A DNA stretch of 64,000 nt from Takakia lepidozioides (taxonomy: Eukaryota > Plantae > Bryophyta): assembly GCA_030704615.1 (NCBI GenBank), contig CM060731.1, positions 17,174,001 to 17,238,000 of the forward strand, in the 5' to 3' direction. The notes under the pieces were generated by a model, which ran no database searches, was not told the origin of the DNA, and worked only from the letters and a program-made list of their open reading frames with translations. Made by a program: the position numbers and the translations under genes. Below are positions 52,801 through 64,000 of the stretch, piece by piece; positions within the stretch are counted from its first letter, which is position 1, and each line of letters begins with the position of its first letter.

Positions 52801-55800
52801 GATTAGGTGCTTGGGAACAAGCAGAAACCAACCAGTATCCAAGAAGTTGGACCCAACATACAAATCAGCTGATGTGATATCTTCAAAAGAGTTTGTGATG
52901 CCTGGAAAAACCCAACTTTGTTAGATGCAAATTGACAGTCAATAAGGATTTATGCACTCATCAGAAGTTTGGTTGGACATTCTTCTGTCTTTGCATCTGA
53001 CACTGTTTAAACATGAATTGAAGTAACTGCTGGAGCAACACGGTGCTTGTCTTTGCCAGAACACGCTTTCCAGAGGTGAGTTTTTTGCAGTGCTGTCGCA
53101 ATTTTCATGGCTATTAGTGCCATGAAAACCTGGCCCAAACTCATACACGAAAAGAAGGCACTGATGCCAAACTTACCTTTCTGTTTGCAGTGAGCGGCAC
53201 TGCACAAATTCGCTACCCCTTAATGTCATGAAGCAAACCACACTACAAAGCCTGCGACACGTAAACTAACTGTGGTGCTCAGCCATTCAAAGAACCTACA
53301 GAACAGCCATACAACAGGACAGAGTTCCCGATAGCTCTCCTAGCTGAACTGTACCACACCTGGACATTTTTAGGACTCAGCACAATAGCCTCCCGTTGCT
53401 CAACCACTGTGTCAGATCGCCGTCCAGCAGACATTTGCATTGCACTGTTTCCAATGCCAGACCACAAAGACCCCTTAAGACTCTCTACGTTTCAGTTCTC
53501 TCTTGGCTACGGACAGTGCATTCTTCCACATGCCAGCGCCAAGGCTTAAAATACTTACAACTTGAGGTTTCATAGATATGTTACAAACTACAGGGGCACT
53601 CATGAATGCGTATTCTAAAACTTCCTCGATTTGTGCGAAGGAAACAGCCATGTCTGAACAAAATCAGGTCCCTGAGTAGTCAGACAAATTTTGACGCCAT
53701 ATGTAATGCCTCACATCTAAACATCCTGCTATGAGAACTAACTTCTTTTGCATACATATGTTCTGCGAAATCTATCCATGCAGGCAACAATGCCACATTG
53801 CATGAACTTGCCGGACACATACAAACTACCAGAGCACTTTGTTCATGGGTTTTGAAAGAGAAACATACACATCTCCAAATTATCAAAAACACATACAGCA
53901 CAAAGGATTGGCTTAAAGAATGTACCCAAATCTGTTTGGCTCAATTGGTGCAAATATATGTTGACGAAGTGATGCAAGAAAAGAATCACGAGCCTCAACA
54001 GCATGGAGAACTCCACAAGCCTACAGGAGGTAACCCCCAAAAGCCATTAGTCCTTTCCCCCCATATGCAATCTCTGCAAATCTGCTATGAGGCCCCGAGT
54101 GGATGACCATATTCTAAGACACCACCCAATGCATAGTAGATGCTTCTGCAAGTGGTTTCATCCCCTCATAAAATTCACTGTATACTTCAGCTTCAACCAG
54201 ACATTAGAACTTGCATATTCTGACCGAGTTTGTAATCGTTGGTAATAATCAAAGTGCTTCAATAAAGAAGGTACAAAAAGGGAACGTTTACTCAACCAGT
54301 TTAATAGATGAAAAATTGTTCAAAACCATTTCATGTGATATAGTAGTCAAATCATGTGCTCTTGACAATTGCACTTTTCTAATGGAACGAAGAGGGTGGG
54401 CATTAGATAACTCATTTTGTTTAACAAGAAGCACAAATTCCTGCGTGGCGGAATGTACTCCCTGGATATCAACAGAATAAAGATAGGAAACTCCACACCT
54501 GTGTAAAAGCCTGGTACCCTTTCAAAACTTCCAGCACTATCGCCTCACCTTGTGACCTGACAGTAAGATCGAACACTTAATTTGGAGAATATCCAAGGAA
54601 TAGAGGAAGTTCAGATTGCTGAAACCAACATCTGTCCCTATTTCGATAATACTCCCCCCAAACTAACAGTATGCACTCCCCAAGAGGTACATGTAGCTAC
54701 AGCCTCATCCCTAAGAGAATGGCATGAAGTTTTCACCCCACAGGGTAATTTGACGTAACAGGTATGCTCATCTATATGCTCATCCTATCAAACAAAATTT
54801 TCTTTGTAGGAAAAAATCATACAAGCGGTCCAAGCTCACTTTTGCCTTCACCTGGACAGTATGAGAGAAAGTGCCTCCAATAGTGGACGCCAGACTGAAT
54901 CCACCATGGCTTTGCAGACTGCCACCATCTCCCCGCTTTTGCTTGTCTCCAGCAATGTAGTTATTTCACGTGCCGAGGACACCAACTGATCAAGCTCAGC
55001 AAACACATTACCAATATGATGCTTGTCAAAGGACCGTCATTGGATTAGATAATTTGGATAACCAGGAACAAGAAATTATTATACGTCATTTAAGATTTGA
55101 AAAATGGTTGAGGCCCCAAGGAGCTTTATCACTAAGCTCTATTAATGTCCCATGCAGCGTGGTACTGGTCACCTCACCATACTCAGTGTCCTAACTCTCA
55201 CAGATGAATGGCCTAACTTTATCAGACCATTCCGAGATGCCTTGAACATTTGTTAAAATATAATTCTCCTGATAAGTTCACAGGACATATATTGACAGCA
55301 GGCTCTAAAAGTACTAGCTCCATTACATGTGATACATGAGATAGCCTATTCAGCTTGCTTTGCTGCAAGGAGGGTTCTACATACTAGATTTCTACCCACT
55401 TCGCATATCCAGTTTTTATTCATGAAAACCATGGTATACATGAAGCTCAACAAGAAGTGTGAATCCCTCTAGAATATGTATGATGTAACCATGTCGCCAG
55501 CTGTAAGGTCAGCAACAAAAGTTTGAGAACTCACATCTTGCAAGTGAAAAAACGCACCTCTCCTGTATCAACTGTTTCATCAGACAGGGTAGCAATTGTG
55601 AAAATAACCCCTAGCAGACCCTCCATAGCCAAAGTGATAGCATGTGCCTCACTTGCAATCACCACTGCCATACCATTTGCATCTGTTTCGAATGTCCAAT
55701 CAGTGCCTGGTATTTCACAACACGGAGTTAAACCAATGGGCTGATGACAGGGGATGGTTTCAAAGATGCATGAGCAACAGGACTGCGCACCACACAAAAC

Positions 55801-58800
55801 CTGAATGGCATGAGAAGTACTCAATAAAAGGCATTGGGGCGACAATTTAGTGAAGCAACCAACAAACCAGTATGCAGAGATGGTTAGAGAATATCTATCA
55901 CATGACTCATAGACCAGCCCACTACACATTGTCACTTTGTTGGCAGCCTTCAACATCTCGGATAAACTTCACAAAGCTATCAATTGAGAGAAGTAGAGAC
56001 AATAATACTATTTTGTGATAGGTATAAGCTGTCATAAATGATCACATAGACTCTATAGTAAATTTCCACAACATCACACCCTATGTATGATCCTGAATGT
56101 GCTGACAAACTTTCCTCTGCTAGGAGATTGTAGGAAAAAGTTTTGGCCTTGGCCACCAACAAGGTTACAATGGCTCAAGGAGAAACTCACTACCTAGTCT
56201 CCACTCACCTAAATGAGGAGTTCTGAGCATAAAAATAAAGAAGACTGACTGAGGTCTGCACACAAGCAGTGGCAAAGGTCTTGGATGCTTATGAAAATGT
56301 GACAAGATTGCACCTTTTGCCTTGCTGTTAAACATGCCTGCAACAGCTGCAAGAGTCTCCTCACTGGCGTCAACCACCTGAATAAATAAATTTCCATAAA
56401 CCAGTGCACCAAATGGGGAAAAAAATAATTCTAATAGCCCTGCTGATTGGATGCTACATAATATACATTACTCAAGGATCCAAGCAGCCAATCAAGTGAC
56501 AAAATATCTTTGCTAAACTTGGATCCTATGACAAATTAGAGGGTTTCAAGCCAATCAAAAGTGGTCCAAAGAAATTGGTTGTAGCGAAGGGTTCCTGGGT
56601 GTGGTAGGGTGCTAGAGCTTTCACCCTCCCAAGCAAACCTTGGAATTTCATTTTCACACACGTCAACGTTCAACAAAGTGTTTTCAAGTAAGAGCCATTG
56701 AAAGGGTGCAGTCCCACCTCAACCCTGGCAACAACTTGAGCCAATGCTTGAATCATATTAGTCACCAAATTTGTGTTCTCCGCCTTCCTGTACAACACTC
56801 AGTCAGACAAATAAAACATCCTACGCCTTGCCTTAACCAAAGACTACCTAGGAGTGACAGAATGAAATGCAATTTTCAGAGGTGACAATTGACCCAGGTA
56901 TTACCCAAAAACTACAAACCTCCATTACTGGGCAATAAGAAGATTCAACCAAAAACAATTTTGAAATTCTTGTGATATCTGGAGCTGCCAATCACTTACA
57001 GGTCAAAGGTCTGAAAAAGAAGACACAACATCCTCGCCTCCACGCAAAATCCCTAACACGAATCAGGCACCAGCATACTGAGGACTTGATTGAAGGCCAC
57101 TCACAAGAAACCGACTGACTTTGTCACACAGGCTCAATGACAACACCTGACAAACCAAAGCACATATTCAGAGCCATATACATCAAATGCAAAAACCTCG
57201 GGCAGCCTACAGGACTCAAGAACTCTTCACAACAATTAAAGTTAAGGTGTCCTCGGTCATTGGATAAGGCACAGACTACACCAATGCTGGGAGACTACAA
57301 GAGAAGACATCCATTCGACAGACTTCCTTTCTTTCATTATACTTGTGGCCCTTGCACCCTTGAGCCCTCTCGAAGACATAGTAAATGTCTTCCTCTTTCT
57401 TTCATCTGTTGCCAGTTCATTTCTGATACTTCTCTCACAATGCATTAAATGAATGTTCCGGTTGTTCCGCTCTGAGCACATCGGCGCTTTTAAGTCATTC
57501 AGACTTTTACATCTCTTTTGGAACTTTGTTGGCCTCAGATATGGCCATTGGACTTCCAGGGGATGTGAATTTTTTTCCTGCGTCCTGTCTAGATGTGATG
57601 GACAGTGGATTTAGCCCCGGAGATTTGCACTCTACATGACGGTACAGACACCTGCATCTTGGCCCATAGAGGAATCAGGGAATAGCTCACTGCACTCTCC
57701 CTCCCACTCTCTTTGATGCTCTTAAAAGCCAGGTCTCAAAGATGCAGAAGTGTAATACCATCCCTTGCCCAATGGTTGCAGATGACTTTGAGCCCAAGGT
57801 GTGCGAGCAAGAAAGCTAGCGGAGCAGCGATGGAAACAGTTTTAACATTGACCAGGGTAATGTCCATGCTGGTCACCACCATCAATACCTTGCAAGTGGA
57901 TTGTCATCAGCTCGGCAAAAGGCTCAGTCTAAGTGACACTTCTGGGTTGAAATCCCACCTCCTGCCATGACTACGCTGTCAAAGATGGCAACAGCCAATC
58001 TTCCCAGGAAACAGTAAATATTCTCTTGTCTGCTGTCTCTGCCCCCTCCCCACTCTGCTGTTCTGCTTAGTCTGATGGGCCTACAGGGTCCCCTGATGAT
58101 GTTACTAGTGATTTTGGTTTTGCATGCCCTTATGATATCGTCAGTTTCCAGGAGACATTTGACCACGCTTCCTATTTTCTATCTCCTTCGGCTCCCTACT
58201 GTGTCCAATGGTACTTTGGGCCTCCCATGGACATGATGCGCTTTGCCAATTTTGGGACAAATCTGATCAAACCGGGTGAGCTCAGACCTTCCAACCCCTC
58301 CAGGGATTTCAAAATTCCACCGGGACGATGCCGAGAAGGATATGTCATGGCCAAAGTTCTAGGAGGAAAAGTCAACGAGTACGATTAGATAGACCAATCT
58401 TGTTGGTTTTTAGATTGTTTGGACGAGGCACGACAAGCCCACTTTAGCCTAACTTTATGTATGCCATTATGCTACACTCTTGGTTGGTTAAATCTGGGCA
58501 TAAAGACTAGCCTGACTGTAAAGAAGACAGGCCTTTAAAGGCTGGTAGTTGACCTAACAAACAATGATCACGGGTCGTGATGTGTATACCCTCTACACCC
58601 TCAGTTGCATATGTGGTCCTATATGTTCTCCCAACTTCAGAAGACAGCTATGAACTTTGCACAAGTTAAGATACAGCAACCTGTTTCCCAGAGCCCAGTT
58701 CAAATGACGGATTAAAGGAAAAAGGCCATGGGATCTTCCTGCAATGGAACGCAAATCCAGATCCTCTTGATGGCAGCATTTGCGATTTAAAAGGAAGGGT

Positions 58801-61800
58801 CCATGTCCATATGCCTATAAATGTCTCAAGAAATAATTTGACCTGACAAAGGCAATGCTATGAAATGAAATGAAATGGTGCTTTATAACGTCCACGGAAA
58901 GGTCATAGAGCTTATGGGACAAAATGGAAGAAAACATGAGAGAGGAACAAAACCAGAACCCAAGAATAAGAACTAATGTTCTAGTGATTGTCTAAGGGTG
59001 AAGGCCTCGTGCAGGTAGGCTGCCAAGCATTTTTTATCCTCATAGTGGAAGACTTCAGCGAGAGATTGGGCTATGAAAAGGAATGTTTGCACATACCCGC
59101 AACACTTCAAGAACCATAATTTGATGCCATAGTGGAAGATCAAGGTCTGTACTTTTGATAAGCATACTTATGAACACCTGCTATTACAGCCATTCACCAC
59201 CAAAACCCGACATTCATACCAATGTAAAAATGCAAACCACCAAACAAGCCAACTGGTGGTTGTCCATCAGAACAGCAAAGAGGTAAACAAGCCTCCCAAC
59301 TTTCTCTTCCAACTTTTGGCAAAGTTCTATGCGAAATACCCCACAGCAGGCTACATGTTGAGAAAAGACACACTGCTACTGTTGCTACAGATAACATATT
59401 GCTCCTGCAACCGTCACTAACACATATGTCAACATAGCAAGACTCGAAGTCAAGTCAAAATGCACTTTCCTTTGAGCAATGTTGTACCTCACATTCCGTG
59501 GTGACAATCGAGTTATACAGCCTGCTTACACTAGCCACTGCTCGCAAAACCAGACGGCGAAAGGTTGGTTCACCAACTTCAGCATCAAGCTGAAGATGCA
59601 CCAAGCAACAGTCACCAGCAGTAACTACACACAAACAGGGTAAAATCCATGAGAAAAAATCAAGAGCATTTTACTGGATTGGTAACATCAATAAAAGAAA
59701 TGCCTACCTCACCAGTTGTGCGCAGAGACGTCATCAGCAACGAGCATACCTGATGTCGTAGGACCTTGGACACAAATTTGCAAGTAACTTTGAGTCAGAA
59801 AACTCAAGTCTCCAAATAAGAAAGCTCCCCATCGTAAAAACTAGAAGAGCATGTAAACACCTACAGATCCATGAGAGGTCACTAGCTAACACAACGACCG
59901 AAAAGACACAGGTATTTTAGCAAAATCTCCCATTGTACTCAGAGAAAATCAAGAATTGTAATGCATATCTTGCAAGAAAGATTGACCAATGTCATGAGGC
60001 ACATGTAACCAATTGGATCAAAAAATATATGATACAGGATGAACAGAACATATTTCAAATGTTTCAAGGCTGCATGCTCAGTTCTGACTGTACTAGTAGT
60101 GTGCTATTACTACACACTAGAGTGAAAGAAACTCCAAGTCATGATGTATGCATTGGTTCCTCAATTGAACACAATGACACTGCTGCTACCTTGATCAACT
60201 TCCTACCTCTCTTTCTTCAGAGATGAAGATTCTACATCACAGGAAGTTGCTGCAAATTTCCTTGTAAAAATGTAAGATGGTCAACGTCCTTCAGAAACGT
60301 TGTTATGACAGGGAAACAGAGGAAGCGAGCTCCTGCAGTTCCCTTTCTCTGTGAGAGTGGAAGCTGCAGTGTAGAGCACTGCCAACCAACAGCACTTTCC
60401 TACTCAGCAAAGGTTTTGTTAAATGCCATGAAACCTGGTAAGACTGGAAATTGACATCTGAAGAATGCACAAAACGTTCAACAAGGGCATCAGCCCTTCT
60501 CGAATAATTCATCAATTGCAATACTTGTGCAGCCTGCACCAAGGAATTTAAGACCCGACACTTCCTTCAACTAACAGAAGACATGCCAGTTTAATTAAGC
60601 ATACAGCACAGCAGCAGGCCTCATTTCCAGAGGAGATTTCATCCACCCAAAACCTTACAACCATATTGTGCAAATAAACTGGTAAAATGGTACAGGGAAA
60701 ATGATGAATTCAAGGTGTAGGAGACAAGAAACAGAGGCGATGGTATCCACGGGCCTGAGCGCGGGCAACTCAGGCACCTCGAGATCAGCCGCCAAAAGTT
60801 GTCCCATTGATGGCAATGGAACCCCCATTGCCGCCAAAGATGCCATGAGTTGTGCTTGCTCTTCAGGAGAGGCTTGAACCCAACTGCCACTAGCTAGAGT
60901 CACACTTAAAAGTAACCAATCCAAGGAAAAAGAATAGGTCCTATCATCTCTAGTAAAAAAGGAAAAAATACCTTACAGCACAAAGCAACAGCAATAAATG
61001 ACAAACAACAAAAGAAGAAAGAACAATGCAGGCTTGAATCTAAGATAATCAAGGCAGAGAACAAGACAATACAACCATTCTGTGAATAGCAGCGACTACC
61101 TGCTAAGACTCCCCACTGACCTCATCAGTTCCCACATGTGCACAGAGTGTCTGACATCTATCTGGAATAGTGACAGGAAGACTCATCTTAGACCAGTTTT
61201 AGCATTATAACAGTAAAATAGAGGACAGGGAAAACAGCAAACAAAGTATAAAAGCCAACCAAGGAAGGAATCAACAAAGGACGATCAACCAGGGACCAAA
61301 CTGACCAAACAAGCTGAAAAGCTCCCCACTTGTGCCTTAACAAAGACCACTTTTCACGATTTTGGAAAAACCAACAGTGGAAACATCAAACACATATCTC
61401 AAACTGATGAGGACAGTTCTTCACTTTTGGAAGAGTTATACACACAAATTGGTATCAAAGGCCAACCATGCTCACTAGAACAATACGTACGGTGTACTAA
61501 GGTTCAGTACACCTCACTACTTGCAACAAACATTGTGCTATTTCTTGGATCAACATGGTTAGTATGGGCTTTAATCTCCGCAGACATCTGCACACATCCA
61601 TAGTTGGTCTACATCTGTGTCCTCGAACAAAGGGTCACAAAGCTTGTGAGAGAACAAAAACGGATGTGACAATGCCACACACTGAATGTCATCATTTGAG
61701 GTACTGTACTGACACAGTCTGCATACCTGCTCAAAAGGTCCCAGCTCTCGAAAGACCACAAAATAGTGCGATAGCACATACCTGGCACACATCCAACAAC

Positions 61801-64000
61801 AACTGCCAAAACTTCAACAAACACACAAAATACACTGTAACCATCATCTTGCAGAAGACTCTCAAGAAACAGGTTATGATGCAAAAGCAATTATCAACTG
61901 TTCTGTTCTGCAAACAGCAGTCCCATAACCCTATACCTATAGCACACAGCATCAGGTATTGTGGTCACATATAGAAGGATTTTCACTTCAGAACAAGAAT
62001 GACCATGGTAACCAGATGTCATCTTCAAGCACCATGCATTCTCAAAATATGGCGTAGGCAAAGAGGAAGAGTACATCCTAGGGAAACAATTTTGCTCTGC
62101 CCAAGCTCAGCACCCCAACAGCATTTCCACGGTACTGATCCCAAGGGAAATGAAATGAAATGAAATGATACTTTGGAACATCCAAGGAAAGCTCAAAGAG
62201 CTTATGGGACATGAGAAGAATGAAACAACAACGAGAGTGAGGTCTCCACAAGCAGCCCAAAAAGAACCATTGTTCAAGGGATTGTCTGAGTCAACGCCTC
62301 ATGCAATATGCTGCGAAGCATATCTGATCCTGGTAATGGCAGACGTCTGTGAGAGATTGGGTATCTCAGAATAGACCATGGAACCTCCCACGGATTTTAT
62401 AGTGGAGAGGACAAGTGAAACAAGAAATGTTCTTCAGTTTTCCCTGTCGTTTCCGGCTCAAGGTCAAGGGAGAAAAAGGGACACTCAATCTCCTGTCCAG
62501 AGAAGTGGCAGAGTTTGCTCCGAACAGTACTGATTGTGAAGACTGTGCAATTGAACCCATCACAAATTTGCCCAAATGTGTTTCTGAGAGCAAACAGGTT
62601 GCTAGGTTCAGGCCTTACTCAAGCATGTCGAGTGCAAAAGTTCTCTGAAGCACAGAAACTTGAAGCCAAGCCGCCTGCAAGAGTGTTGTAGAGTGCATAA
62701 AAGTCAAAGCACTTCTAGCATGCAGCCTGTTTCTGCTAATAATACATCTAATACCCAGCATCCCCATGGTGAGAACGCCAACCCTTCTTCATGTGCCCAC
62801 ATCCAAAATGATATTGCACTTCTACTGATCACCTCTTGTGATAAACATCCCATCAAATTTGATGAAGTGTAGCTAAGAGCATACAATGGTCCCTTACATC
62901 CAACTGCTCTTATAAACTGTACGAACCACAAAGTCAATAACCACCAGCCTTGCCAGGAGAACTCATTCTACCCTCCCAAGTACAATCCCTTTGTGTCACC
63001 ATGGAGTATGCATAAGCCACCAACCAGAAGTAGCATAGAAATAAAAAATCACGAAGAGATGTGGATCCTTGGGGCCCGGGGAAAAAGAGGGAGAGTGGAC
63101 TCCTGCCAAAGTAATCGTAAATTACGTAGTATCTTCACCCAGAAAAGGAACAGAGCCTTCCATTTGGAAAATGGACACCTTCTAACGACCAGGGAATCCT
63201 TGGAAATTTAATTATAGGATGTGTCTAGCTTCTCATGATTTTGAAGAGTGATAGAAGCACAATGAAGACCATGTAAGATATCCTGATATTACATCAGGAG
63301 CTTGTTCAAACAGCCATCTACAAGAATTGGGCCCAAACAAACTCCCAATATACAATGGAAGCAACATCTGACTGGTCACTTTCCACTCTTACGAGGCTGA
63401 TATGGAAATAGCAAAGGCAACATAACTGCTAATGAACATACCGATCCACCACCAGCAAGGGATATAAGGTCCTCAAAAAGACGAAGACCAAGCCTCCCTG
63501 CATTCGAAAGAATTTGGTTTCCTGTTGGTGTTGATGGACGGACATCCATCACTATATTCTTCAGAGCTCTGCATTTCAACAAAACAGGAACTTACTTGGG
63601 GAAAACTTCGCACCTTGACTACCCGAGAATTTAACACAAATGATACTATGCCTGGCATTGAAAGTCATTCACTTCACAGACAGATATTGTAACTCTCAAA
63701 AGAGGATAATATGATTGGGTGCTCTGGGATCCTGCCTGTAACAGTTTTCTTACATGAGAAGAGGTCCATCGGAGGAGTAGGTGAAATACCATGAAAGAGT
63801 CTACTTACGCAGATGCAATTATTCCCCGGCTGACGTCAGCTGAGGCAGACCTGGACCTAGACATCCAAGTACCTGTCCCTCCATGATGCACGGCAGGCAA
63901 TGCCTCCGCAGCCAAGACTCGGTCAAAAATTAATGCTACTGCTTGCCGGAAAGTTGCAACTGCAGTGCTGCACAACCAGAAGTGCATATCCTTATAAAAA
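37890..64000 (-). CDS. MON2: Protein MON2 homolog (ARF-GEF-like ARM/HEAT scaffold); 5' end lies outside the window
   Basis: Many GT-AG exons with plant MON2 peptides: STAVATFRQAVALIFD, GLRLFEDL, DLPLWHQIMVLEVLR/GFCVEAR, VIASEAHAITLA, ACGVLHAVE, VLETL..HSP, VNISLTAIGSLWT, DERPEVRHSAIRT, MLVHH/SRNTAQKQWDETLVLVL, GSKEVSLAAI, RCMATRRD, FWKEVADVYE, HLLLLYTSLCQLVMSR/..ELLQILLRLVGSELGL*. Stop at 37890-37892. Confidence 0.95.
46378..46500. repeat. Dispersed intronic repeat, copy 1
   Basis: About 120 bp, closely similar to 51031-51160 (gcccctcaca.aggtagtgt.tgttccctcttg...cacaaggctatggcaaacaa.gtc). Confidence 0.85.
51031..51160. repeat. Dispersed intronic repeat, copy 2
   Basis: Matches 46378-46500 in the same orientation. 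Confidence 0.85.
58860..59085 (-). mobile_element. 5'-truncated non-LTR retrotransposon 3' end with (TTTCA)n tail
   Basis: Aligns by eye with 62146-62400 (gaaatgaaatgaaatg...agagcttatgggaca...gagagattggg). Confidence 0.65.
62146..62560 (-). mobile_element. 5'-truncated non-LTR retrotransposon (RTE/RTEX/L2-like) 3' end
   Basis: Frameshifted C-terminal motif ..KTEEHFLF/TCPLHYKIRGRFHGLF, followed by a 3' UTR and (TTTCA)n tail. Confidence 0.65.

Noticed and set aside
56980-57360. LINE reverse-transcriptase remnant on the + strand
   Set aside because: The best-looking part (57000-57050) is the antisense of a genuine MON2 exon (GFCVEARMLCLLFQTFD).

Overview
Eukaryotic, intron-rich nuclear DNA from a land plant, probably a seed-free lineage such as a bryophyte (inferred from the PLS-PPR fragment and gene content). 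Five genes are present. (1) The 3' part of a ZNFX1-like gene (+, <1-7594) encoding a UPF1-like SF1 helicase, an NF-X1 zinc-finger array, a RING-like region, TPRs and an RZ finger. (2) A mitochondrial thiamine-diphosphate carrier (-, 14074-17329) with a frameshift and damaged signature motifs. (3) An uncharacterised coiled-coil gene (-, about 19206-27754) with Sfi1-like W motifs, head-to-head with (4) HIP/FAM10 Hsc70-interacting protein (+, 28574-34252). (5) The 3' part of a MON2 homologue (-, 37890->64000). Between and within the genes are a PPR pseudo-fragment joined to Gypsy-like remnants, a 500-N scaffold gap, a higher-order CACAGCCC minisatellite, an LTR-like stretch, a tRNA-derived SINE, MITE/hairpin remnants and several (TTTCA)n-tailed LINE 3' ends. 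The most notable item is the apparently intact plant ZNFX1-type helicase/E3 ligase with a TPR insert. All calls come from reading the sequence by eye; no database searches were run.
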